Under the pieces are notes generated by a model. The model saw only the letters and a list, made by a program, of their open reading frames with translations. It had not been told where the DNA came from and made no database searches. Below are positions 39,256 through 48,320 of a DNA stretch of 64,000 bases, piece after piece (position 1 is the first letter of the stretch; every line of letters begins with the position of its first letter). A program made the translations under genes and the position numbers. This DNA comes from Propionibacteriales bacterium (GTDB lineage: Bacteria; Actinomycetota; Actinomycetes; Propionibacteriales; Nocardioidaceae), in NCBI GenBank assembly GCA_038259535.1, contig JBBSOR010000003.1, forward strand, positions 10,946-74,945, written 5' to 3'.

Positions 39256-40003
39256 GGAGAAGGCCGCCGCCCAGGCCAAGCGGGAGGCCCGCCGGACCCG
39301 GACGGAGCGCTCGCGCGAGCAGGCCGAGGAGCGTCGCAAAGCGGCCCAGCGCAAGCAACAGCTCACCCGCGTCGGTCTGGTTGCGGGCGTCCTCGTGCTG
39401 ATCGTCGGTGGCTACTTCTTCGTCAGCAACCTCGGGTCGGACAAGCCCACCACCGCGCCCGCGGGAGCTTCGGGCACCTATGGCCTCGTCGTCGGTGATG
39501 CCGACGCGCCCCAGGAGATCGTGGTCTACGAGGACTTCCTCTGCCCCTTCTGCGGCCAGCTCGAGCTGACTGTCCGTGATCGCCTCGACGCCGCGATCGA
39601 GGCCGGCGAGGTGAGCGTGGAGTATCGCCCGCTGCCCTTCCTCGAGGGCATCGACGACTACTCGCCCGAGTCCGCCAATGCCTTCGCCGTGGTGCTCAAC
39701 GAGTCGGGCCCCGAGGTGGCGAAGGCGTTCCACGACCTGCTCTTCGACAACCAGCCCTCCGAGCAGGGGCCGTTCCCCGACAGTGATGAGCTGGTCGACC
39801 TGGCCGTCGAGGCCGGTGCCGCCGAGGCCGACGTACGTCCCGGGATCGAGGACATGGCCTTCGAGGGTTGGGTCGACGCGGCCGGCGAGGCGGCGTCCAA
39901 GGCGGGGGTCAACTCCACGCCGACGGTCCTCATCGACGGTGAGACGGCCACAGGCCAGACGATCGGGGAGATCGCGGCGGAGATGGTCGGTTCGACCGGC
40001 TGA
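39221..40003 (+). CDS. Membrane-anchored DsbA family oxidoreductase
   Basis: TM anchor; YEDFLCPFC; cis-Pro loop STPT. Confidence 0.88.
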   Translation: MAQKKTSHRTAEEKAAAQAKREARRTRTERSREQAEERRKAAQRKQQLTRVGLVAGVLVLIVGGYFFVSNLGSDKPTTAPAGASGTYGLVVGDADAPQEIVVYEDFLCPFCGQLELTVRDRLDAAIEAGEVSVEYRPLPFLEGIDDYSPESANAFAVVLNESGPEVAKAFHDLLFDNQPSEQGPFPDSDELVDLAVEAGAAEADVRPGIEDMAFEGWVDAAGEAASKAGVNSTPTVLIDGETATGQTIGEIAAEMVGSTG

Positions 40004-40027
40004 CCGACGCCTGAGAGACTGCGCGGC

Positions 40028-41047
40028 GTGAGCCTCCAGTCCTTCATCACCGGCCTCCCGAAGGCCGAGCTGCACGTCCACCACGTCGGGTCGGCGTCGC
40101 CGCGGATCGTCTCCGAGCTCGCGGCGCGCCACCCCGGCGCCGGCGTGCCCAGCGACCTGGAGAGGCTCAAGGAGTTCTTCACCTTCCGCGACTTCGCCCA
40201 CTTCATCGACGTCTACCTCGCTGTCGTCGACCTGATCCGCACGCCGGAGGACATCCGGCTGCTGACCTACGAGGTGGCGCGCGAGATGGCGCAGGGCCAG
40301 AACCTGCGCTACGCCGAGCTCACCTGCACGCCGTACACCTCGGTGGTGCGTGGGATCGCGATCCAGGACTACACCGACGCCATCGAGGACGCGCGAGTCG
40401 CGGCCGAGCGAGACTTCGGCCTCGTGCTTCGCTGGATCTACGACATCCCCGGGGAGTCCGGTCTGCCCGCCGCGGACGCCACGCTGGGCTACGCGCTGGA
40501 CCACCGCACCGACGCGCTCGTCGGCTTCGGCCTGGGCGGGCCGGAGATCGGGGTGCCGCGCGCGCAGTTCGCCCCGCACTTCGAGGCCGCCCGCGCCTCC
40601 GGCCTCCGCTCGGTCCCGCACGCGGGGGAGACCACGGGTCCCGAGACCGTCTGGGACTCGCTGCGGCTGCTCGGCGCCGAGCGCATCGGTCACGGCGTCT
40701 CGGCCGCGCAGGACCCCGAGCTGCTGGCCCACCTGGCCGACAGTGGGGTCGTGCTGGAGGTCTGCCCGACGTCGAACATCGCGACCCGCGCGGTCGACCG
40801 GATCGAGGACCACCCGCTGCGGACGTTCGTCGAGGCCGGGATCACCGTGACCATCAACTCCGACGACCCGCCGATGTTCGCCACCACGCTCAACCACGAC
40901 TACGAGGTCGCGGCCGGCCTCCTCGACCTCGACGAGCGAGGGGTGGCGGACCTGGCTCGCGCCGCGGTCGAGTCGTCGTATGCGCCTGACGAGGTGAAGG
41001 CGCGGATCGGGGCCGAGATCGAGGCGTACGTCGCGCAGCCGCGCTGA
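40028..41047 (+). CDS. Adenosine/adenine deaminase
   Basis: PKAELHVH, HAGE, RIGHG, CPTSN, NSDDP. Confidence 0.92.
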   Translation: MSLQSFITGLPKAELHVHHVGSASPRIVSELAARHPGAGVPSDLERLKEFFTFRDFAHFIDVYLAVVDLIRTPEDIRLLTYEVAREMAQGQNLRYAELTCTPYTSVVRGIAIQDYTDAIEDARVAAERDFGLVLRWIYDIPGESGLPAADATLGYALDHRTDALVGFGLGGPEIGVPRAQFAPHFEAARASGLRSVPHAGETTGPETVWDSLRLLGAERIGHGVSAAQDPELLAHLADSGVVLEVCPTSNIATRAVDRIEDHPLRTFVEAGITVTINSDDPPMFATTLNHDYEVAAGLLDLDERGVADLARAAVESSYAPDEVKARIGAEIEAYVAQPR

Positions 41048-41176
41048 GCCCGCGGCGGGAAAGTACTCGGCCCCGCAACCTCATACGTGGCGGGGCCTGC
41101 GTCCATGGTGACCTGAGCGTGGCCGTGGAGCGGGGAGACACGCCGGGTGGGGACGGGTCGAGCGTTCCAACGTTAG

Positions 41177-41192
41177 ATGAAGAATTCTTCAT
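41177..41192. promoter_or_regulatory. Perfect 16-bp palindrome, probable ArsR operator
   Basis: ATGAAGAATTCTTCAT, AT-rich, about 20 nt upstream of the arsR-family gene. Confidence 0.7.
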
Positions 41193-41211
41193 GTGGTGTA
41201 GAGTTCATGTC

Positions 41212-41577
41212 ATGCCTGGTCGACGTGGACGCACGACGGGGAGCGTCCCGCTCTACGAGGCCAAGGCAGAGCTCTTCCGGACACTGGGCCATCCCGCGCG
41301 CATCCGCGTGCTCGAGCTGCTCCAGGACGGGCCACGCCCCGTCCACGAGCTGTTGGACACCATCGAGGTCGAGGCGTCCAACCTGTCGCAGCAGCTCGCC
41401 GTCCTGAGGCGTGCAGGGCTGGTCCGGTCCTCGCGCGAGGGCAGCACCGTGCTCTACTCCCTGGCCACGCCCGACGTGGCCCAGCTCCTGCTGGACGGTC
41501 GCCGGATCCTCGCCGCCCTGTGGGCTGACCAGCAGGAGCTCCTCGCCGACCTCCGCGACTCAGCCGCGTCCGGGTGA
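41212..41577 (+). CDS. ArsR/SmtB family transcriptional regulator
   Basis: KAELFRTLGHPARIRVLELL, SNLSQQLAVLR; start uncertain. Confidence 0.88.
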   Translation: MPGRRGRTTGSVPLYEAKAELFRTLGHPARIRVLELLQDGPRPVHELLDTIEVEASNLSQQLAVLRRAGLVRSSREGSTVLYSLATPDVAQLLLDGRRILAALWADQQELLADLRDSAASG

Positions 41578-43235
41578 TCCGGCGCCTGGCGGACCTGCTC
41601 CCCACATCCGACGACCTCGTCGCGATGCGGCGCCACCCTCGCCAGGACCTGGTCGCCGGACTCACGGTGGCGATCGTGGCGCTGCCGCTCGCCCTGGCCT
41701 TCGGGGTCGCCTCGGGTCTCGGGGCGCAGGCCGGTCTCGCCACCGCCGTCGTCGCGGGAGTCGTGGCAGCGGTCTTCGGCGGGTCGAACATCCAGGTCTC
41801 GGGCCCCACCGGTGCGATGACCGTCGTGCTCATCCCTGTCGTGCACGCGCATGGGCGCTCAGGCGTCCTGATGGTGGGACTCATGGCGGGTCTGGTGCTG
41901 CTCGCGATGGCGTTCTCCGGGATGGGTCGCTTCGTGCGCTACCTGCCCGTGTCGGTCATCGAGGGCTTCACGGCCGGCGTCGCCGTGGTGATCGCCCTGC
42001 AGCAGGTCCCGGCCGCGCTGGGGGTCACCGACGCATCCGGGGACAAGGTGTGGGCGGTCGCGTTCGACGCCGTGCGCCGCTTCGCCGAACGTCCGCAGCT
42101 GGCTCCACTGGTCGTCTCCTTGGGGGTGATGTCCCTCATGCTGGTGGGCGCGAGGTGGCATCCACGGGTGCCGTACTCGCTCCTCGGGATCGCCATCGCC
42201 ACGGCGACGGCCCGCATCGTCGACCTCGACCTGGTCACCCTGGGACACCTGCCCTCCACGCTCCGGGCGCCCTCGCTGGGGTTCGTCGATCCCGGCGCCC
42301 TGCAGGTGCTCGTTCCGTCGGCCCTCGCCATCGCCGCCCTGGCGGCGCTCGAGAGCCTGCTGTGCGCCACGGTCGCGGACGCCATGACCGTCAACGAGCG
42401 CCACGATCCCGACCGGGAGCTCTTCGGCCAGGGGGTGGCCAACATGGTGGTGCCGGTGTTCGGCGGGATCCCGGCCACTGCCGCGATCGCGAGGACCGCG
42501 GTCAACGTGCGCGCCGGTGCCGGCTCGCGGCTCGCCGCCGTCAGCCACGCCCTGATCCTGCTCGTGCTGGTCTTCCTCGCGGCGCCGGCGGTTTCGACGA
42601 TTCCCCTGGCCGCTCTTGCGGGGGTGCTGTTCGCGACGTGCGTGCGGATGGTCGAGGCGAGCTCGCTCGTCGCTCTGGTCCGTTCGACGCGATCCGACGG
42701 GTTGATCGTGGTCCTCACGTTCGCGGTCACGGTCGCCCTTGACCTGGTCACGGCCGTCGGGGTCGGTGTCGCCGTGGCGGTGGTCCTGGCCCTGCGCACC
42801 GTCGCCGCGAGTGCCCGGATCGACGCCGTCGACCTCGACGCGGGCGACCACCGCCAGGCAGAGCGCGCACTGCTGGCCGAGCACGTCATCGTCTACCGCA
42901 TCGACGGGCCGCTCTTCTTCGCCGCGGCGCACCGGCTGCTGCTCGAGCTGCCGGACCTGGTGGAGGTCGACGTCGTCATCCTGAGGATGTCCCGGGTGAC
43001 GACCCTGGACGCCACCGGAGCGCACGTCCTCGGTGACACGATCACGAGGCTGCAGCGGCGCGGCATCCCGGTCCTGCTCTCGGGCCTCGCGCCGGCGCAC
43101 GAGGCCGTCCTCGACTCGATCGGCGTCGCCGGTCCGCTGCGCGCGGCCGGGCACCTCTGGCCCGACACCCCGCAGGCCATCAGCGCCGCGCGGCAGCTGC
43201 TCGGGAAGGCCGACGCGCGGGCACGCGACACCTGA
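41574..43235 (+). CDS. SulP family anion transporter with STAS domain
   Basis: DLVAGLTVAIVALPLALAFG, QVSGPTGA, AIARTAVNV, GPLFFAA. Confidence 0.92.
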   Translation: MIRRLADLLPTSDDLVAMRRHPRQDLVAGLTVAIVALPLALAFGVASGLGAQAGLATAVVAGVVAAVFGGSNIQVSGPTGAMTVVLIPVVHAHGRSGVLMVGLMAGLVLLAMAFSGMGRFVRYLPVSVIEGFTAGVAVVIALQQVPAALGVTDASGDKVWAVAFDAVRRFAERPQLAPLVVSLGVMSLMLVGARWHPRVPYSLLGIAIATATARIVDLDLVTLGHLPSTLRAPSLGFVDPGALQVLVPSALAIAALAALESLLCATVADAMTVNERHDPDRELFGQGVANMVVPVFGGIPATAAIARTAVNVRAGAGSRLAAVSHALILLVLVFLAAPAVSTIPLAALAGVLFATCVRMVEASSLVALVRSTRSDGLIVVLTFAVTVALDLVTAVGVGVAVAVVLALRTVAASARIDAVDLDAGDHRQAERALLAEHVIVYRIDGPLFFAAAHRLLLELPDLVEVDVVILRMSRVTTLDATGAHVLGDTITRLQRRGIPVLLSGLAPAHEAVLDSIGVAGPLRAAGHLWPDTPQAISAARQLLGKADARARDT

Positions 43236-43245
43236 CGTCGGTGAG

Positions 43246-43318
43246 CGCCCCCGGCAGGATTCGAACCTGCAACCAACGGAGTAGAAATCCGTTGCGCTAT
43301 CCGTTGCGCCACGGGGGC
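43246..43318 (-). tRNA. tRNA-Arg (anticodon TCT)
   Basis: GCCCCCG/CGGGGGC acceptor; anticodon arm ACGGA-TTTCTAC-TCCGT; GGTTCGAATCC T-arm. Confidence 0.95.
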
Positions 43319-43401
43319 CGGCAGCGGCCAGTATTCCAGCGGGATGGGACGGGTGACGATCCGAGTGCCCGGGCGACCGGATCGTCACACGTCCGGACGG
43401 C

Positions 43402-44808
43402 TCACGCGGTGGAGACGACGGGCTCCCGGTCCGCGGCTCGGGCCGAGTCTGTGGCGTCCTGCTCGCGCCATGCCGTGCGCCCGCGCGGGGCGTCGTACGC
43501 CGCCCGGTCGAGGATGCCCTCCCGCTTGGCCACGAGCGTCGGCACGAGAGCCTGGCCGGTGACGTTGACCGCGGTGCGGCCCATGTCGAGGATCGGGTCG
43601 ATCGCGAGCAGCAGGCCCACGCCCTCCAGCGGCAGGCCGAGGGTCGAGAGGGTCAGCGTCAGCATGACCGTGGCGCCCGTGACGCCGGCGGTGGCCGCCG
43701 AACCGATGACGGAGACGAACGCGATCAGGACGTAGTCGGTGATCGACAGGTCGAGGCCGAAGAACTGGGCCACGAAGATGGCCGAGATCGCGGGATAGAT
43801 CGAGGCGCAGCCGTCCATCTTGGTCGTCGCGCCCAACGGCACCGCGAAGGAGGCGTAGGCCCGCGGCACGCCGAGGTTGCGCTCGGTGACGCTCTGGGTC
43901 ACCGGCATCGTGCCCACCGACGAGCGGGAGACGAAGGCCAGCGTGATCGCCGGCCAGGCGCCGGTGAAGAACTGCCTGACCGACAGACCGTTGAGCCGCA
44001 GCAGGGTCGGATAGACGCCGAGCAGCACGAGCAGCAGGCCGGCATAGATCGCCAGCGTGAAGGTGCCCAGCGAGCCGAGGGCGTCCCAGCCATAGCTGGC
44101 CACGGCGTTGCCGAGCAGTCCGACGGTCGCGATCGGGGCGAGCAGGATGATCCACCACAGCACCTTCTGCACGACGGCGAGCGCCGAGCGGACGAAGGTG
44201 AGGAACGGGTCGGCGGCCTCGCCGACCTTGAGGGTCGCGATGCCGGTGGCGATCGCCACCACGAGGATCTGCAGCACGTTGAACGACATCGACACGCTGC
44301 CGTCACCGGCGGCCGAGCCTTGGAGGCCGAGCACATTGGACGGGACGAGGCCGGTCAGGAAGTCGAGCCACGAACCGGTCGTCGACGGCGCCGAGGCCGC
44401 TTCGGCGGTGACGCCGGTGTGCTGCCCGGGCTGGATGACCAGGCCGAGCGTGATGCCGATGCCGACCGCGATGAGCGCGGTGATGGCGAACCAGGCGAGA
44501 GTCTTCCAGGCCAGTCGCGCGGCGCCGGTCACGTCGCGCAGGTTGGCGATCGAGGCCACGATCGCGAGGAAGACCAGCGGCGGGACCACCGCGCGGAGCA
44601 GCGTCACGAACGTGCCGCCGATGGTGCTGAGGGTCTCGGTGAGCCAGTTGGGGTCGACGTCGCCGGTCGCATCGACGCCGTCGGCGCCGATCCCGCGGGC
44701 GACGAGTCCGAGGACCACGCCGAGGACCAGGCCGATCAGGACCTGGACGCCGAACGAGGGGAGACGGAAGCGGGTGGGCTTCCTCGTCTCCGTGAGGGAA
44801 GTACTCAT
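43402..44808 (-). CDS. Dicarboxylate/amino acid:cation symporter (DAACS), possibly cystine uptake
   Basis: AFVSRSSVGTMP, PLGATTKMDGCA, IDPILDMGRTAVNVTG; SD GAAAGG. Confidence 0.9.
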   Translation of the reverse strand: MSTSLTETRKPTRFRLPSFGVQVLIGLVLGVVLGLVARGIGADGVDATGDVDPNWLTETLSTIGGTFVTLLRAVVPPLVFLAIVASIANLRDVTGAARLAWKTLAWFAITALIAVGIGITLGLVIQPGQHTGVTAEAASAPSTTGSWLDFLTGLVPSNVLGLQGSAAGDGSVSMSFNVLQILVVAIATGIATLKVGEAADPFLTFVRSALAVVQKVLWWIILLAPIATVGLLGNAVASYGWDALGSLGTFTLAIYAGLLLVLLGVYPTLLRLNGLSVRQFFTGAWPAITLAFVSRSSVGTMPVTQSVTERNLGVPRAYASFAVPLGATTKMDGCASIYPAISAIFVAQFFGLDLSITDYVLIAFVSVIGSAATAGVTGATVMLTLTLSTLGLPLEGVGLLLAIDPILDMGRTAVNVTGQALVPTLVAKREGILDRAAYDAPRGRTAWREQDATDSARAADREPVVSTA

Positions 44809-44872
44809 GGTGAAAGACCTTTCGAACGCGCACGACTGCACATCGAAGTGCGTCGACGCGGGGAGCGGGATG

Positions 44873-44977
44873 TCAGGCGCGGGGCGAGGGGCACCGACAC
44901 AGGGCGCTCTGCGTGCGCGCGAGGTCGACGGCACGACGCTGCGTCAGCAGGTCTCCGACGGTCGTGTTGGTGCGCAC
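44873..44977 (-). CDS. Putative Cys-containing leader (attenuator) peptide, 34 aa
   Basis: Manual translation MRTNTTVGDLLTQRRAVDLARTQSALCRCPSPRA*; matches the actinobacterial LxxRxxVDLxRxxSAxC leader pattern. Confidence 0.75.
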   Translation of the reverse strand: MRTNTTVGDLLTQRRAVDLARTQSALCRCPSPRA

Positions 44978-45057
44978 GTGGAGCCCAACCGACTCCGGCG
45001 GCAGCGGATTCCGTGGTTCCGGTCACAGGTGGCCAGCGGACCCCTAGGGTCCTGCCC

Positions 45058-45684
45058 ATGTCTCTCCGTCTCGGGGCACGGCTCGCAGCCGTCCTGCTCC
45101 CCACCGTGGCCCTGCTGGCTCCGTCGATCGCTCACGCCGAGAAGGTCGTCAGCGACGACATCGTCGGTGACGTCCAGCAGACCGACCTCGCCGACGAGTC
45201 CGCGGATGCCCCCGCGTTCACCCCGGCGCCCGACGAGACCTCCACCGACATCGTCCGCACGGTCGCCGCCTACGGCGACACCCGGCTGAGCGTGACGGTC
45301 CACTTCCGCGACCTGCTCAACACCCGCTACCAGGAGACCTACGTCAAGATCCTCACGCCCCGCGGCGCCTACGTCGTTGCGGCAGCGCGATTCCCCGGAA
45401 CCCGGGTCAGGACGGCCATCTCGCGTGGCAGCGGTCGAGACGTCGAGTGCCGCGGCCTCCGCGCGAAGTTCGCCGGTGGAGCCGACACCATCGCCCTCTC
45501 CGTGCCGTCGTCGTGCCTCGACGAGGCTCGTTGGGTCAGGCTCGGCGTCGGGGCCATCGGCTTCGACCTCCCAGAGGAGGAGGCAGAGGTCCCGGACGCG
45601 TTCGTGATCTTCGCCGACGACGGCCACCGGGGAACGATCCGCGACACGAGCATCGGCAAGGGCCCCAAGGTCCACCGCGGCTGA
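45058..45684 (+). CDS. Secreted hypothetical protein
   Basis: Signal peptide ending AHA; GC3-rich codon usage; two Cys residues. Confidence 0.75.
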   Translation: MSLRLGARLAAVLLPTVALLAPSIAHAEKVVSDDIVGDVQQTDLADESADAPAFTPAPDETSTDIVRTVAAYGDTRLSVTVHFRDLLNTRYQETYVKILTPRGAYVVAAARFPGTRVRTAISRGSGRDVECRGLRAKFAGGADTIALSVPSSCLDEARWVRLGVGAIGFDLPEEEAEVPDAFVIFADDGHRGTIRDTSIGKGPKVHRG

Positions 45685-45686
45685 CC

Positions 45687-46793
45687 TCACCGGGTCAGCA
45701 GCGCCAGCACCTCGTAGTGCGTCGTGTGCGGGAACATGTCGAGCACCCGCGCCTCGACCGGTCGCAGCGACGGCATCAGCGCGAGGTCGCGCGCCAGCGA
45801 CTCGGCGTTGCACGAGGAGTAGACGACGTGTCGGACCGCTGAGGCCTCCAGCCAGCCGGCGAGGTCCGCGCCGATGCCGCGCCGGGGCGGGTTGACGACC
45901 ACCAGGTCGGGTGCCACCGGCTGGCCGAGAGCCCAGGCCGTGGCGTCGGCCGCGACGAACGCGGCACCCGCCACCTGCGCGTCGGTCGCCGACCGGACGG
46001 CCTCGGCCGACACCTCGACCCCCACCACTTCGCGGCCCGCTCCGGCGAGGTGCAGCGCGAAGCCGCCGACCCCGGAGTAGAGGTCCCAGACGGTCCGCAC
46101 GTCCGGCAGTGTGTCGACCCACGTCCGCGCCTGCTCGTAGAGCGCCTCGGCGACGACGGTGTTGGTCTGGAAGAACGACTGCGGGCCGAGCCCCAGGCTC
46201 ACCCCGGTCGCCAGCCGCATCGGCATCGTCGACTCCGCGGTCAGCACGATCTCGCGTTCGCCCTCGAGCACCGCCTTGTGCTCGGGCTGCACGTTGATCG
46301 TCACGACCCGCAGCCCCGGCACGGCCTCGCGCAGGGCCGGCAGGCGGGAGCGCACGCGTGCCTCCAGAGCCGTCGAGCGCATCACCAGCCGCAGCATCAG
46401 ATCCCCGTCGGGTGACTCGGTCAGCAGCACGTGCTTGAGCTCGCCACTGCGCGTCCCCACGTCGTACGGCGGCAGGTCGGCGCCCGAGATCCAGCCGGCG
46501 ATGCCGCCCAGGGCCGATGTCAGGCCGGGGGAGTGCAGTCCGCAGTCACGCAGGTCGATGCCGGCGAGGTCGCGGTCGAGGATCCCCAGAGTGGGGGCGT
46601 CGACGGTGCGACCGACCACCATCTTGGCCTTGTTGCGGAAGCCCGCCTCGGCGCCGGCGACGGTCGACAGCCACACGGGTGAGGGGACAAGGGCACGTGC
46701 GTGCGCCTCCTTGTCGGAGAGCTGGCGGGCCCGCGGGACCTCGAGGAGGGTGCACGACCGGCAGCGGAACGCGTCGTAGTGGTGGCACTCCAC
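45687..46793 (-). CDS. rlmC: 23S rRNA (uracil-5)-methyltransferase, RlmC/RumB-like
   Basis: N-terminal CHHYDAFRCRSC Fe-S motif, FRNKAKM, SFFQTN, DLYSGVG, NPPRRG, YSSCN, DMFPHTTHYE. Confidence 0.8.
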   Translation of the reverse strand: MECHHYDAFRCRSCTLLEVPRARQLSDKEAHARALVPSPVWLSTVAGAEAGFRNKAKMVVGRTVDAPTLGILDRDLAGIDLRDCGLHSPGLTSALGGIAGWISGADLPPYDVGTRSGELKHVLLTESPDGDLMLRLVMRSTALEARVRSRLPALREAVPGLRVVTINVQPEHKAVLEGEREIVLTAESTMPMRLATGVSLGLGPQSFFQTNTVVAEALYEQARTWVDTLPDVRTVWDLYSGVGGFALHLAGAGREVVGVEVSAEAVRSATDAQVAGAAFVAADATAWALGQPVAPDLVVVNPPRRGIGADLAGWLEASAVRHVVYSSCNAESLARDLALMPSLRPVEARVLDMFPHTTHYEVLALLTR

Positions 46794-48205
46794 TAGCGGC
46801 GCATCCCCCCCATCCACTCCTCCACGTCGGCGGAGGTGCGGGGGAGCGCGGCCGAGAGGTTGGCGTGGCCGTCGGCGGTGACGAGGATGTCGTCCTCGAT
46901 CCGGATGCCGATGCCACGCAGCTCCTCGGGGACGAGCAGGTCGTCCTCCTGGAAGTAGAGGCCGGGCTCGACGGTGAGGACCATGCCCTCGGCGAGGTCG
47001 CCCTTGGGGTAGATGTCGACCGACGACCGACCGCAGTCGTGGACGTCCATGCCGAGCATGTGCGAGGTGCCGTGCAGGGTCCAGCGGGCATAGACCTTCG
47101 ACTCGGGGTCGAGCGCCTCCTCGGCAGAGACCGGGAGCAGCCCGAGGTCGGACAGGCCGTGGGCCAGCACCTCCATCGCGGCGTGGTGCGCGGCGAGGAA
47201 CGGCACGCCGGGGCGCACGGCCTCGATGCCCCTCTGCTGGGCTGTGAGGACCAGGTCGTAGAGGTCGCGCTGCAGCGGCGTGAACGTGCCGTCCACCGGG
47301 AGGGTGCGGGTCACGTCGGCGGTGTAGAGGTTGTGGCCCTCGACCCCCATGTCGAGCAGCACCAGCTTGCCCGGCTGGATCGAGCCGGTGTTGTCGATCC
47401 AGTGCAACGTGGTCGCGTGCGAGCCACCCGCGCAGATCGAGTCGTAGCCGATGTCGTTGCCCATCGCACGGGCCCGACGGAAGAAGGTGCCCTCGATCCA
47501 GCGCTCGCCGAACTCCAGCACCCGGTCCCACTCGCGGACCGAGTCCTCGAAGCCCAAGGTGGTGATGTCGCAGGCCTCCTGGAGCTCGCCGACCTCCCAC
47601 GCGTCCTTGATCAGCCGCAGCTCGTCGGCCACGCGGGCAAGGTCCTCGTCGGTGGTGAGGTCGCGGGTCTTCCTGTCGTCGTCGAAGGACGGCAGGTCCT
47701 TGACGTGGCGGACCTCGATCCCCAGCGAGTCGGAGATCTCCTGCGCCGACGGACGACGTCCCGCCCACAGCTCGCCGTACTGCCGGTCGCGGAAGAACTC
47801 GTCGGTGTCGCGCTCCGAACGCGGGCGGGCGTAGAGGACGGACTCGCCGTCCTCGATGACCAGCACGGCGTCGGACGTCTGGTTGCCGGTGAAATAGGTG
47901 TGGGCGGTGTCGGGGCGGAAGCGGTAGTCGGTGTCGTTGGCGCGGACCTTGTAGGTGCCGGCGGGCAGCACCAGCCGTTCGCCGGGGAACGCCTCGGCCA
48001 GCTGCGCGCGGCGCGCCGCCGCCCAGTCGGCGACGGGGTGGCGGGGCAGCTCCAGCGGGCGCTCGCCCCAGCCCTCACGCATGAAGGCGGCGTAGGCGGC
48101 GGGCACGGCCGGGTCGTGCGACTCGGTCTGGGGGTCGTCGACGGAGGTGTCGGCGGCGGTCTCGGCGGCGGTCTCGGCGGGGTTCTCGGAAGTTGGCTCG
48201 CTCAC
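46793..48205 (-). CDS. pepP: Xaa-Pro aminopeptidase (aminopeptidase P)
   Basis: RANDTDYRFR, YTADVTRT, HGTSHMLGMDVHD, TVEPGLY, GIRIEDD. Confidence 0.92.
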   Translation of the reverse strand: MSEPTSENPAETAAETAADTSVDDPQTESHDPAVPAAYAAFMREGWGERPLELPRHPVADWAAARRAQLAEAFPGERLVLPAGTYKVRANDTDYRFRPDTAHTYFTGNQTSDAVLVIEDGESVLYARPRSERDTDEFFRDRQYGELWAGRRPSAQEISDSLGIEVRHVKDLPSFDDDRKTRDLTTDEDLARVADELRLIKDAWEVGELQEACDITTLGFEDSVREWDRVLEFGERWIEGTFFRRARAMGNDIGYDSICAGGSHATTLHWIDNTGSIQPGKLVLLDMGVEGHNLYTADVTRTLPVDGTFTPLQRDLYDLVLTAQQRGIEAVRPGVPFLAAHHAAMEVLAHGLSDLGLLPVSAEEALDPESKVYARWTLHGTSHMLGMDVHDCGRSSVDIYPKGDLAEGMVLTVEPGLYFQEDDLLVPEELRGIGIRIEDDILVTADGHANLSAALPRTSADVEEWMGGMRR

Positions 48206-48320
48206 CCGGTCACTGTACGACGTGCGCGTCCCGTGGCCCGGGCCCGGACCTCCACTCCCGTAGGGGCCCTTAGGGGTGCGGGAGGAGGGATCGAGCACCT
48301 CGCTCCGTTAGGGTCGGGCC

